DNA of 64,000 nt from Nibricoccus sp. (GTDB lineage Bacteria > Verrucomicrobiota > Verrucomicrobiia > Opitutales > Opitutaceae). Below, one piece after another: positions 18,539 to 27,618 of this stretch. Numbering within the stretch: position 1 is the stretch's first letter; each line of letters starts with the position of its first letter. The DNA lies in contig JASGKG010000001.1 of assembly GCA_047600805.1 (NCBI GenBank), positions 1,151,133 through 1,215,132 on the forward strand. Reading direction: 5' to 3'. The notes below the pieces were generated by a model that had not been told where the DNA came from, searched no databases, and worked only from the letters and a program-made list of their open reading frames with translations. The translations under genes and the position numbers were made by a program.

Positions 18539-19990
18539 TTAGTAGATACGCAAGTTATCGACCAGCACGCAGCGACGCGTGCGGGTAAACGTGCGCGGGT
18601 TGGTGATGCCTTCGCCGGTGGTCGTCGCGATCGAGTAGCTGAGGTAGCCTTCGCCACCCAAACCGAGACCGGCGACGCACGAACCGTTTTTGATGAAGAT
18701 CGTCGTGTCGAGCGCGCGGGCCATCGCGGTCATGCGGTCAACGTTCATCGAATGGATGATCGAAGAGTGCTTGTAACCGTGTTCGGCTTTCTTCGCGGCC
18801 TGAATGCCTTCTTCGATCGTCTTTACGCGGACGATCGGCAGCATCGGCATCATCTGTTCTTCGATAACGAACGCGTGGTTAGCGTCGGTTTCAGCGAAGA
18901 GCAGCTGAGTTTTGTCGGGAATCGAGACACCCGCGTGTTTGGCGAGGACTGAAGCGTCGACACCGACCATCGCGCGATTGAGCACCGGATGTGAGCAACC
19001 GCCGGCATCGGCCTTGGTCGAGAAAGCGACTTTCGTTAGAGCATCGAGCTGGTTGTCGTTGAGGCCATAAGCGCCGTTGCGGGCGAGAGCGGCCAGGAAT
19101 TTGTCGGCAATGGAATCGAGGACGAACACTTCCTTTTCACCAATGCAGAGGAGATTGTTGTCGTAGGCGGCACCGTGAACGATGTTGGCCGCGGCGCGAT
19201 CAAGATCGACGGTGTCGTCGACGAGAACGGGAGGATTGCCCGGGCCGGCGCAGATGGCGCGCTTGCCGGATTTCATCGCGGCAGCTACAACGGCTGGACC
19301 GCCGGTGACGCAAATCACTGGGACCTCAGGCGCTTTGCAGAGCGCGTCGAAAGATTCGAGCGTCGGCTTTTCAATCGTGCAAACGAGATTCTCGATGCCG
19401 ATCTCGGCTTTGATGGCCTCATTGAAAGTGCGAACCGCGAGCGCGGCGGACTTGGCGCCGCCTGGGTGCGGATTGAAGACGACGGCGTTTCCGGCAGCGA
19501 CGATGTTAATGATGTTGCCGGAGAGCGTCGGGATCGAGTGCGTCATCGGCAGAATCGCCGCGATGACGCCGTAGGGTGTGTATTCCTCGAGGGTGATACC
19601 GTGATCGCCGCTGCGGGCGTCGGGGCGCAACCATTCAACACCGGGAACGAGCTTCACGATCTGGAGCTTCTCGATCTTGTGGTCGAGGCGGCCGATCTTG
19701 GTTTCGGCGAATTCGAATTTGCCCCATTCCTCAGCTTTGGCAGTGCAGATCGCCTTGACGATCTCGACGACCTTGGCGCGGGCGGCGACGCCCTTGATGC
19801 GGAGTTGTTCGTAGGCGGCGTAAGCGGCTTTGCAGGCGGAGGCAGCGTCTTGGAAAACGCCGAGGCCGCCGGAAGAAGAAACAATAGCCGGTGCTCCGGA
19901 AACACCGGTGGACGTGCGACCAAAGGCACGGACCACTTCCTCGACCACGGAGCGGACGAGGTTTTCATCAATGACGATCTGGGAAGACAT
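18539..19990 (-). CDS. CoA-acylating aldehyde dehydrogenase (PduP/EutE type) with N-terminal encapsulation-peptide-like helix
   Basis: Aldehyde DH fold with catalytic Cys region NNLLCIGEKEVFV and NAD binding VTGGPAVVAAAMKSGK. Extra N-terminus IDENLVRSVVEEVVRAF plus a G/S linker. Confidence 0.9.
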   Translation of the reverse strand: MSSQIVIDENLVRSVVEEVVRAFGRTSTGVSGAPAIVSSSGGLGVFQDAASACKAAYAAYEQLRIKGVAARAKVVEIVKAICTAKAEEWGKFEFAETKIGRLDHKIEKLQIVKLVPGVEWLRPDARSGDHGITLEEYTPYGVIAAILPMTHSIPTLSGNIINIVAAGNAVVFNPHPGGAKSAALAVRTFNEAIKAEIGIENLVCTIEKPTLESFDALCKAPEVPVICVTGGPAVVAAAMKSGKRAICAGPGNPPVLVDDTVDLDRAAANIVHGAAYDNNLLCIGEKEVFVLDSIADKFLAALARNGAYGLNDNQLDALTKVAFSTKADAGGCSHPVLNRAMVGVDASVLAKHAGVSIPDKTQLLFAETDANHAFVIEEQMMPMLPIVRVKTIEEGIQAAKKAEHGYKHSSIIHSMNVDRMTAMARALDTTIFIKNGSCVAGLGLGGEGYLSYSIATTTGEGITNPRTFTRTRRCVLVDNLRIY

Positions 19991-20010
19991 GAAAAGGAGC
20001 TAAAGATTGG

Positions 20011-20310
20011 TTAGACGATGCGCTTGCCAAGGACCTCGACGGTATCGACGAGGCCGACGATCGAGGCGTCGACCGGCATTTGTTTCATGCCCGTGGTTTG
20101 GCGCGCGGAACTGCCCTGGCAGAAGAGAACAAGGTCACCCGTGCCTGCGCCGAGAGCATCGGCGGCCACGATAGTATTGGCGCCGGGTTTGAGCTGAGTC
20201 GGATTTGCCTCATCGACCAACATGGGCCGAAGGAGGAGGAGTGGGCGGCCGCGCAGGGTCTCGTCTTTTTTAGTGGAGACCACGGAGCCAATGACGCGGG
20301 CGAGAAACAT
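20011..20310 (-). CDS. BMC vertex protein (BMC-P, EutN/CcmL/PduN family) 1 of 3
   Basis: MFLARVIGSVVSTKKDETLRGRPLLLLRP...VAADALGAGTGDLVLFCQGSSAR. I placed the start at the internal Met (the ORF track extends to 20502). Confidence 0.8.
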   Translation of the reverse strand: MFLARVIGSVVSTKKDETLRGRPLLLLRPMLVDEANPTQLKPGANTIVAADALGAGTGDLVLFCQGSSARQTTGMKQMPVDASIVGLVDTVEVLGKRIV

Positions 20311-20383
20311 GGCAGTTCCCGGGTTGGAGGGTTTTCGCTTCGAAACGGCGCGCCTTCGACGACGCGCCGTGAAAAGCGCGGGC

Positions 20384-20686
20384 TTATTTCTTCGGAGCGG
20401 CAGGAGCAACGGGCTTTGGCAGCACCGTGACGACGTCATCGTGCGGGCGCGGAATAACCTGCACGCTGATGACCTCGCCGTAAGCGCGAGCGGCGGTGGC
20501 ACCGGCTTCGGTGGCGGCCTTGACAGCGGCGACGTCGCCTGTGACGACGGCGGTCACGAGGGCGTTGCCGACCTGTTTCATCGGGCCAACGAGAGTGACG
20601 TTGGCGGACTTGAGCATGGCATCGACGCCAGCAACCAGGGCGGTGAGGCCGCGGGTTTCAAGAAGACCGAGAGCGGATTGAGACAT
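20384..20686 (-). CDS. BMC shell hexamer protein (BMC-H, PduA/EutM/CcmK family)
   Basis: [30 protein letters not shown]...[19 protein letters not shown]...VIPRPH is the canonical BMC-domain signature. Confidence 0.9.
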   Translation of the reverse strand: MSQSALGLLETRGLTALVAGVDAMLKSANVTLVGPMKQVGNALVTAVVTGDVAAVKAATEAGATAARAYGEVISVQVIPRPHDDVVTVLPKPVAPAAPKK

Positions 20687-20724
20687 GGTGGATTGGATTT
20701 GAGGTTTAGTTAGAGAAAGGAAAT

Positions 20725-21912
20725 TCAGGCTTTGGGCTGGGCGGCGACGAGGCGGGCGGTTTCGCGGGCGACGACGAGTTCTTCATTCGCCGGGATGACG
20801 AGCACGCGGGTGCGGGAGCCGTTGGCGGAGAGATCGGTTTCGTGCGGCGCTGTTTTGTTGCGGTTCGTGTCGAGCACGAGACCGAGATCGGAAAGATTGG
20901 CGCAGATCGCTTCGCGCAACCACGGGTTGTTTTCGCCGATGCCGGCTGTGAAAACGAGAGCGTCGCAGCCGCCGAGTTCGACCCAGAAAGCGCCGATCCA
21001 GTGACGGATGCTCTGGACGAAAACCTCGAGCGCGAGTTTGGCGCGGGCGTCGCCTTTGTCGGCGGCGGCCTTGATGTCGCGAACGTCGTTACTCACGCCG
21101 GAGATGCCGAGCAGGCCTGACTCTTTGACGAGCTGGCGTTCGGCGTCTTCGAGGGAAATTTTCAGGCGGCGCATCGCGCAGGGCAGGGCGGCGGAATCGA
21201 GGTCGCCGACACGGTTGTTTTGCGGGAGGCCGGATTGCGGGCTCAGGCCCATGCTGGTGCCGATGGCGACGCCGTTGCGGATGCCGGTGACGGAACTCGA
21301 ACCGCCGAGATGGCAGGAAATCACGCGCAGCGGAGCGCCGGCGACTTCGCGCGGACCATCGAGGTATAAGCGGCGAACGATTTCGCCGATGTCATCGTGA
21401 CCAAGCAATTCCGCGGAACGCTCGGCGACGAACTTGTGGCTGGCGCCGTGGAAACCGTAGCGACGGATGCCGGCCTTGTACCAAGTCTCTGGTACGGCAT
21501 ACCGGCTCGCATGGTCGGGCACCCACTGGTAGAACGCCGTCTCGAAGAGAGCGACGCGCGGGACAGACGGGAGCTTTTCGCGGAAGACGCGCAGGCCCTC
21601 GGCGTACGGCTTGTTGTGCGCGGGCGCGAGATCGACCGTATCGAGCAACGCTTTTTCAACGCGTTCGTCGGCCAGGAGGCAGCCGGTGATTTCGCCCCCG
21701 AGGACGGTTTTGAAACCGACGGCGTCGAGATCATTCGCGTTCTTGAGATGACCGGCTGAAGAGAGTTCTCCGAGCGCCAAATCGATCGCAGCGCGATAAT
21801 CGGTCACGCGTTCGCTTCCGCCCTTCGCCAACAGGCGCGCCTGCGAGCCGTCGACGTCGAAGAGACGGTACTTGAACGAGGTGGAGCCGAGGTTGGCGAC
21901 GAGGATTTTCAT
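20725..21912 (-). CDS. ackA: acetate (acyl) kinase
   Basis: [19 protein letters not shown]..., [14 protein letters not shown]-like motifs. Canonical AckA length of 395 aa. Confidence 0.95.
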   Translation of the reverse strand: MKILVANLGSTSFKYRLFDVDGSQARLLAKGGSERVTDYRAAIDLALGELSSAGHLKNANDLDAVGFKTVLGGEITGCLLADERVEKALLDTVDLAPAHNKPYAEGLRVFREKLPSVPRVALFETAFYQWVPDHASRYAVPETWYKAGIRRYGFHGASHKFVAERSAELLGHDDIGEIVRRLYLDGPREVAGAPLRVISCHLGGSSSVTGIRNGVAIGTSMGLSPQSGLPQNNRVGDLDSAALPCAMRRLKISLEDAERQLVKESGLLGISGVSNDVRDIKAAADKGDARAKLALEVFVQSIRHWIGAFWVELGGCDALVFTAGIGENNPWLREAICANLSDLGLVLDTNRNKTAPHETDLSANGSRTRVLVIPANEELVVARETARLVAAQPKA

Positions 21913-21980
21913 CAGCGAGCGCGAAGGAAATACGGGCCGGCCGGGCAGCGATGCGCGGCCGGTTTAGTCTTTGGAACGAG

Positions 21981-22259
21981 TTAGGCGACCCACTTGCCGA
22001 GACCAGCGAGGTCTTCGTGCGGACGCGGAATGACCTGGGTGGCGACGACTTCGCCGACGCGCTTGGCGGCTTCAGCGCCGGCGTCGATGGCGGCCTTGAG
22101 GGCGGCGACATCACCGCGGAAGAATGCCGCGACGTTGCCGGAGCCGATCGTCTCGTAGCCGGACATCGTGACATTGGCCGCTTTGAGGGCGGCGTCGGAG
22201 GCCTCGAGCAAGGTGCACAGGCCTTTGGTTTCAATCATACCGAGAGCTTCTTGAGCCAT
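21981..22259 (-). CDS. BMC shell hexamer protein (BMC-H)
   Basis: [31 protein letters not shown]...[38 protein letters not shown]. Confidence 0.9.
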   Translation of the reverse strand: MAQEALGMIETKGLCTLLEASDAALKAANVTMSGYETIGSGNVAAFFRGDVAALKAAIDAGAEAAKRVGEVVATQVIPRPHEDLAGLGKWVA

Positions 22260-22301
22260 GGTGGAAAGAGTTTAGATATTAGAGGTTAGGGGCGGTTTGG
22301 C

Positions 22302-22571
22302 TCACATTCCGAAGTGCTTGAGCAGCTCGGGATGCGGGCGCGCAATGACGTGGGCGCAGACGAGTTCGCCGACGCGTTTGGCGGCTTCAGCGCCGGCGTC
22401 GATGGCGGCTTTGACGCTGCCGATGTCGCCCTTGACGATGACGGTAACGAGACCGCCGCCGATCTGGATTTGGCGGGCGAGGTTAACGCCTGCCGCTTTG
22501 ACCATGGCATCGCTGGCTTCAACGGAGCCGACGTAGCCTTTGGTTTCGATCATGCCGAGAGATTCACTCAT
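22302..22571 (-). CDS. BMC shell hexamer protein (BMC-H)
   Basis: [29 protein letters not shown]...[38 protein letters not shown]. Confidence 0.9.
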   Translation of the reverse strand: MSESLGMIETKGYVGSVEASDAMVKAAGVNLARQIQIGGGLVTVIVKGDIGSVKAAIDAGAEAAKRVGELVCAHVIARPHPELLKHFGM

Positions 22572-22621
22572 GTGGAATCGGATTGAGGTTGGTTGGAGGT
22601 TTACGGGTTAAAATTGGTTCG

Positions 22622-23305
22622 TTACTCAGCGGGCAAAAGCTCGCAGGGAGTGTCGGGCCCGAGGCCGCAGGCGTTGCCTTCGTCGGTGTCGATATGGACC
22701 TCGAGTTTGAAATCTTTCGAGACACGGACGAGCATGCGATCGAACGTCATGGCGCAAGGGCCACCGACTTTGAGGCGCATGAAATCGCCCTGCTTCACGC
22801 CATAGAAAGCGGCGTCGTCTGGGTGCATGTGCACGTGCGGGGCGGCGCGGATGACGCCCTCGGGCATTTCAAAAAATCCCGCGGGGCCCATCAGCATGCA
22901 ACTGGGCGTGTCTTTGATGGTTCCGGACTGGCGGACGGGTACTTCGAAGCCGAGCGAAATGGCGTCGGTCAAAGCGAGCTCGACCTGGTTGAAATCGCGG
23001 CACGGACCGAGAATGCGGAGATTGGAAATCACGCGACTACGCGGCCCGATCAGTGTGACGGATTCCTTCGCGGCGTATTGGCCGTCCTGATACAGCCACT
23101 TCATCGGCGTGAGCTGGTAGCCTTTGCCGAAGAGCGCTTCGACGGCTTGCGGCGAGAGGTGGCAATGACGCGCGCTGACGTTGACGACGAGCGGGCGCGG
23201 AGCGCGCACGGAGCGCGGCATCGGGCGTTGAAGACGTTGATAGAGTAGCCGGCGAACGACGTGCTCGATTTCGGCACGATGAGGCAGGGTTGGCGCGGGC
23301 GTCAT
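22622..23305 (-). CDS. pduL: PduL-type phosphotransacylase with N-terminal encapsulation-peptide-like helix
   Basis: Two PduL repeat motifs (VVNVSARHCHLS; ...APHVHMHPDDA...). Extra N-terminus IEHVVRRLLYQRL plus a P/R-rich linker. Confidence 0.85.
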   Translation of the reverse strand: MTPAPTLPHRAEIEHVVRRLLYQRLQRPMPRSVRAPRPLVVNVSARHCHLSPQAVEALFGKGYQLTPMKWLYQDGQYAAKESVTLIGPRSRVISNLRILGPCRDFNQVELALTDAISLGFEVPVRQSGTIKDTPSCMLMGPAGFFEMPEGVIRAAPHVHMHPDDAAFYGVKQGDFMRLKVGGPCAMTFDRMLVRVSKDFKLEVHIDTDEGNACGLGPDTPCELLPAE

Positions 23306-23412
23306 GGGGTCAGTGTGTCAGAAAGGGTTGAAAACAGCTTACCACAATTTGTCGAAAGCTGTGCGTTTTATGACGCAAGTCAATCATATAACTTTCGGAG
23401 GTAGAATTCACT

Positions 23413-23452
23413 TTTCGAAAACAAAAAACGCGCACGAGTTATCATGCGCGTT
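23413..23452 (-). terminator. Rho-independent terminator downstream of the thioredoxin-like gene, insulating it from the BMC operon promoter region
   Basis: Minus-strand hairpin AACGCGCATGATAACTCGTGCGCGTT (8-bp GC-rich stem) followed by TTTTTTGTTTTCG. It is 30-70 nt after the stop of the 23481..23891 gene. Confidence 0.6.
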
Positions 23453-23480
23453 CGAAAATTCTGAGGGCTGAGCGGCGCGG

Positions 23481-23891
23481 TCAATATTTCGACGAAGGCC
23501 TTACAAACATCAGAAGCTTGTTTTTGTCAGCGAACGGGCCGACCCAAGGGAAGCCGACCACTTTACCTTTTTCGACAACGATGAGAGTGGGCGTGGCTTG
23601 CACGTTATATTGATCGTGAACGGCGCGGTTATCGGCGAGGGCGGTGTTGATCTTCACGACCCGTATTTTGGGATAATCTTTTGCCAATTGTTCTAACAAC
23701 GGTGTGGTCGCCTCGCAGGGCGGGCTGTCTGGTTGCCAGAAATAGAGGAGGACTTTTTGATCCGTGCTTTCCAGTATTCTGGAGAGGCGCTCCTCTGTGA
23801 CCACGTCGGGGCCAAATGTCTTAAATTTTTGCGCGCGACTTAGGAATACCGCGACCACCGCGATCAAAGTGACGACCAGGTATCTGTTCAT
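23481..23891 (-). CDS. membrane-anchored thioredoxin-like protein (atypical single-Cys SPPCE motif)
   Basis: N-terminal signal anchor MNRYLVVTLIAVVAVFL. Thioredoxin-fold layout VLLYFWQPDSPPCEA...PTLIVVEKGKVVG, with a single Cys in place of CxxC. Confidence 0.5.
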   Translation of the reverse strand: MNRYLVVTLIAVVAVFLSRAQKFKTFGPDVVTEERLSRILESTDQKVLLYFWQPDSPPCEATTPLLEQLAKDYPKIRVVKINTALADNRAVHDQYNVQATPTLIVVEKGKVVGFPWVGPFADKNKLLMFVRPSSKY

Positions 23892-24224
23892 AAGGCTTGG
23901 CGATTGATTGAAGCTGACGATGAATGCTGGGCCGAAGCTGGATGAGGCGCGTCAGGAACGGACGAGACGCTAGTCCAGCACCTGACAGAAACACAACCTC
24001 TCTTTTGGTGCATTTCCCAATGAACGCGAATGACGGGTCGAGTTTCGCTAGATTTTGACGAACCGGAAACGCATTTTTCTCCAACGCTCTTGGAGGTTTT
24101 GGCGTTCTTTAGCGATTTCGTGGAGTGAAACGCGCGAAGGCGTAAACTTTTCAGAGTGGCTCTCGGCGCTTTGCTAGCGATACCGTTGGCGCGCTCTGCC
24201 GTCTTAAAGCGCGAAAATCTTTCC

Positions 24225-25805
24225 ATGAAGTTACCCTCTGTGAGCTATTCTCGATTCAACAAGAGCGTTTTTGGCGCCACTTTATTGTTAGGTGCGACTT
24301 GTTTGACGGCGTGGACCAAAGTGAACGAAAGCTTGATCCCTGCGGCCGATAACGTCGGCGCCGCCATGATGCCCGCGGAAATCGCTGCGATCTCAGCGCC
24401 GTTCCTGATGCCGCCGTTGACGCGCCCACGGTTCCCGAGCCTGCGCGTCGTGGTTGTGTTGGGCGCCACTGAAGAATTGGCGACCAGGGCTATTCAGGCC
24501 GCGATTGACGAAGTCTCGGCGAAAAACGGCGGCACCGTCATCCTCTCTAAAGGTGTGTGGAAAACGGGGAGGCTGAGTTTGAAGAGCAACGTTAACCTGC
24601 ATCTTGAATCAGGAGCTGAGCTTCAGTTCAGTGGGCGAGTGGAGGATTACCAACCGGCGGTGTTCACCCGGACCGAAGGCGTGGAAGTGTTTTCGCTCGG
24701 TGCGTTGATTTATGCGAACGGGCAGGAGAACATTTCGCTCACGGGTCAGGGCAGATTGATTGGCCCGCCTCTCGACAGCCCGATGCGAAAGCAGAAAAAC
24801 CGTGTGAGTGTGGACAAAATCGATGCTCGTCAACCGGTCGTCGAACGCCGTTGCGACGGGCGTGGCGGCGGCCCCGTCTACCTTCCGGTCTTTTTCGGGC
24901 CGATTAATTGTCGCAACGTATTGGTTGAGGGCCTTACGTTTGAGCAGAGTGCGTTGTGGAACATCGTGCCGCAATACTGCGATCGCGTGATTATTCGCGG
25001 TGTGACCGTCGAGTCGGAAAAAATTCCTTCTGGCGATGGGATCGACGTCGATTCGAGCCGCAACGTGCTGATTGAGTACTGCACCTTCAGCTGCGGTGAT
25101 GATTGCGTAGTAATCAAGGCGGGACGCGGTGAAGACGCCTTGCGCGTGGACAAGTCGAGCGAGTTCATCGTGATGCGAAACTGCCTGGTACGGAAAGGCC
25201 ACGCCGGCATTTCGACCGGCAGCGAGACAGGCGGGATGATCCGCAACCTCTACGTTTGCGACAGCGTGTTTCAGGAGCCGGTCGTGGGAATCCGCCTCAA
25301 AACGCGGCGGCCAAGAGCGGGCGGCGGCGAAAAATTATACTACGAACGCATTCGCATCGGCCAGTGCTCGACGGCGATCGCTTGGGATATGCTCGGTGAA
25401 TCGAAATTCGTAGGCGAAGAGGCCAGTCGCTTGCCGGAGCGCGCCGTTACGAAGCTGACGCCGGTTTACCGTGACGTTACGATAAAACAGGTGCTCGCCG
25501 AAAAGGCGCGCTTCGCCATCAAAGTGATTGGTATTCCTGAAAGCCCGGCGGCCAATATCGTGATCGAAGACGTAACCGCGACCACGACCGAACGACCGAT
25601 CATCTTGAACGACGTTGATGGTTTTGCGCTGAGGAACGCAGACATCAAAAGCGCCAACGACACGATTGGCTTCTTAGATGCGCGGAAAGTCGTTTTCGAG
25701 AACTGCCGCTTTGATACAACGACTGGCCAACTCAATCTCGACGTTGCCGGTGAGCGATCTCGTGAAATTGAATTCCGCAACTGCACACCAACGCCGCGGC
25801 AGTAG
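24225..25805 (+). CDS. secreted glycoside hydrolase family 28 (polygalacturonase / rhamnogalacturonase type)
   Basis: Signal peptide MKLPSVS...LLGATCLTAW. GH28 motifs SGDGIDVD (NTD-like), CGDDCVVIK (GDDC), KGHAGIS (GHG), GIRLKT (RIK). Start trimmed to the signal-peptide Met. Confidence 0.8.
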   Translation: MKLPSVSYSRFNKSVFGATLLLGATCLTAWTKVNESLIPAADNVGAAMMPAEIAAISAPFLMPPLTRPRFPSLRVVVVLGATEELATRAIQAAIDEVSAKNGGTVILSKGVWKTGRLSLKSNVNLHLESGAELQFSGRVEDYQPAVFTRTEGVEVFSLGALIYANGQENISLTGQGRLIGPPLDSPMRKQKNRVSVDKIDARQPVVERRCDGRGGGPVYLPVFFGPINCRNVLVEGLTFEQSALWNIVPQYCDRVIIRGVTVESEKIPSGDGIDVDSSRNVLIEYCTFSCGDDCVVIKAGRGEDALRVDKSSEFIVMRNCLVRKGHAGISTGSETGGMIRNLYVCDSVFQEPVVGIRLKTRRPRAGGGEKLYYERIRIGQCSTAIAWDMLGESKFVGEEASRLPERAVTKLTPVYRDVTIKQVLAEKARFAIKVIGIPESPAANIVIEDVTATTTERPIILNDVDGFALRNADIKSANDTIGFLDARKVVFENCRFDTTTGQLNLDVAGERSREIEFRNCTPTPRQ

Positions 25806-25865
25806 GTATCGCAACAGCACGTGAGTCGGAGTTTGTCATTTAGTAGATGATGAACTCAGGTGTCA

Positions 25866-27026
25866 TCACGCGGAACGAAGCTCGGCCAGCGCCTCATCCA
25901 TCGCGCCGAGAAGCTGAGCGATGGTGGAATCGGTTTCGTCGCCCATGTTGGAAAGACGGAAGGTTTTGCCCTTTAGTTTTCCATAACCGGTATCGATCGC
26001 TAAGCCGTGCTTGGTTTTCAGAATCTCATTGAGCCGCGGAAGGTCGAGATCGCCGTCGTTGCGGAAGCAATTGAGCGTGACAGAACCGAAATCCTCCTCG
26101 GGCAGCAGGCGAAAACCTTTTGCTTCGCCCCAGGCTCGCACGGTCTGGTTGAAACGAGCGTGGCGGGCGTAGCGATTTGTGAGGCCCTCCGCGGCGATGT
26201 CTTCGAGTTTCGATTGCAGCGCGTAGATATGTGCGATGGTTGGAGTCGTGGGCGTCATGCCCATCTCGTGGTTTCGTTGGAACTCGAGGAAATCGAAATA
26301 GTAGCCGCGGTTCGTGTTACTCGTGGCGCGCTCGAGGGCGCGTTTTGAAACGGTGAAAAGCGTGAGTCCCGGCGGGAGGGCGAGCGCTTTTTGAGAACCG
26401 GCAATCATGACGTCGAGGCCGAGTTCGTCTTTGGGAATCGGCAAAGCGGAAAACGAGCTGACGACGTCGATGATCGAGATGACGTTTGGAAAATCGCGCA
26501 GCACGGCGGCGAGCGCGCGAATGTCGCTCATCGTGCCGGTCGACGTCTCGTTGTGAATGATGGTGACGCAGTCGTATTGTCCGGTGGCGAGTTCACGCCG
26601 AAGTGCATTGGGATCGACGGGCTGGCCCCACTCGAAGCGCAACCCGCCAGCGGCGATCCCGTTCTTTTGCGCGACATCGTACCATTTGTCGGAAAAGGCG
26701 CCGTTCATGCACGTGAGCACCTTTCGGTTGGTTAGGTTGCGAAGCGATGCTTCCATTACACCCCACGAACTACTTGTACTGAGGTAAACGGGATCGCGGG
26801 TCGCGAAGAGCGATTGCAGGCCGGTTTGGATCGATCGGTAGAGCGCGACGAACTCCGGACTCCGATGCGGAATCATCGGTCGGGCCATGGCTCGGTAGGT
26901 CTTCTCAGAGACCGCGACGGGGCCGGGGATAAAGAGCTTGTAGCTCACGAAGGGTGGGAGGGTTTTAATCTGGAACGCTGGAACTCGGGAACGGAAGGTC
27001 GCAGGCGGCCTTTTGGACAAAGTCAA
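25866..27026 (-). CDS. class V aminotransferase (serine-pyruvate / alanine-glyoxylate / phosphoserine AT family)
   Basis: KLFIPGPVAVSEKTYRAM N-terminal motif. Lys-bearing region IAGSQKALALPPG. About 386 aa. Confidence 0.75.
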   Translation of the reverse strand: MTLSKRPPATFRSRVPAFQIKTLPPFVSYKLFIPGPVAVSEKTYRAMARPMIPHRSPEFVALYRSIQTGLQSLFATRDPVYLSTSSSWGVMEASLRNLTNRKVLTCMNGAFSDKWYDVAQKNGIAAGGLRFEWGQPVDPNALRRELATGQYDCVTIIHNETSTGTMSDIRALAAVLRDFPNVISIIDVVSSFSALPIPKDELGLDVMIAGSQKALALPPGLTLFTVSKRALERATSNTNRGYYFDFLEFQRNHEMGMTPTTPTIAHIYALQSKLEDIAAEGLTNRYARHARFNQTVRAWGEAKGFRLLPEEDFGSVTLNCFRNDGDLDLPRLNEILKTKHGLAIDTGYGKLKGKTFRLSNMGDETDSTIAQLLGAMDEALAELRSA

Positions 27027-27179
27027 CAGAATGGGACAAAATCAGAAGCGGTCGCTGGGGCAGACTGTGCGTTTCGTATGATCGAACGAAGACCGGTTTA
27101 GTTCGTTCAGCTCTCATCTCATCAAAGGCGATCTGGTTTTCCCAGAGTTCCTGAGTTCCAGATTAACCCAGACAGCGGC

Positions 27180-27545
27180 TTACTTCTTGGAAACTTTGAT
27201 GACCTTGCGATTGCCGTCGCCGAGGACGAGCACGCGCGGTTCCCAGTTCACAGCTTCTTTTTCATCCACGACCGCGAAGTTCATGATCGTGAGAAGGTCG
27301 CCCTTTTTGCCGAGAAGCGCGGTGGCGCCGTTGAGGGAAATCGTTTTTGAGCCGGCGGGAGCAGCGATGGCGTAGGTCTCGAAGCGCTCGCCATTAGCCA
27401 TATTGCCAATGAGAATGCGTTCGTATTGGCGGAGGCCGACCATCACCATGAACTCGGCGTCGATGGCGAGGCTGCCTTCGTAATTGAGGCTTTGATCGGT
27501 CACCTCGGCTCGATGAATCTTCGACTTGAGTAGATTGAGTTGCAT
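27180..27545 (-). CDS. panD: aspartate 1-decarboxylase
   Basis: [32 protein letters not shown] (the pyruvoyl-forming G-S site is in YEGS). 121 aa. Confidence 0.9.
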   Translation of the reverse strand: MQLNLLKSKIHRAEVTDQSLNYEGSLAIDAEFMVMVGLRQYERILIGNMANGERFETYAIAAPAGSKTISLNGATALLGKKGDLLTIMNFAVVDEKEAVNWEPRVLVLGDGNRKVIKVSKK

Positions 27546-27618
27546 GACGTGGCAATCGGCGTGATAGAACCTGACAACACACCGCGATTCGTCGCCATCG
27601 TCAACTCTTCAATCCCGC

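Noticed and set aside
18496-18657. N-terminal extensions given by the ORF track for BMC-P (18220..18657), BMC-P (20011..20502), sialidase-like protein (58443..60620), pectate lyase (..15648), GH28 (24156..) and PdxA2 (..63022)
   Set aside because: The extended N-termini are Arg/Pro-rich, overlap the upstream gene, and precede an internal Met that begins the conserved domain or a signal peptide. I trimmed each start to the internal Met.
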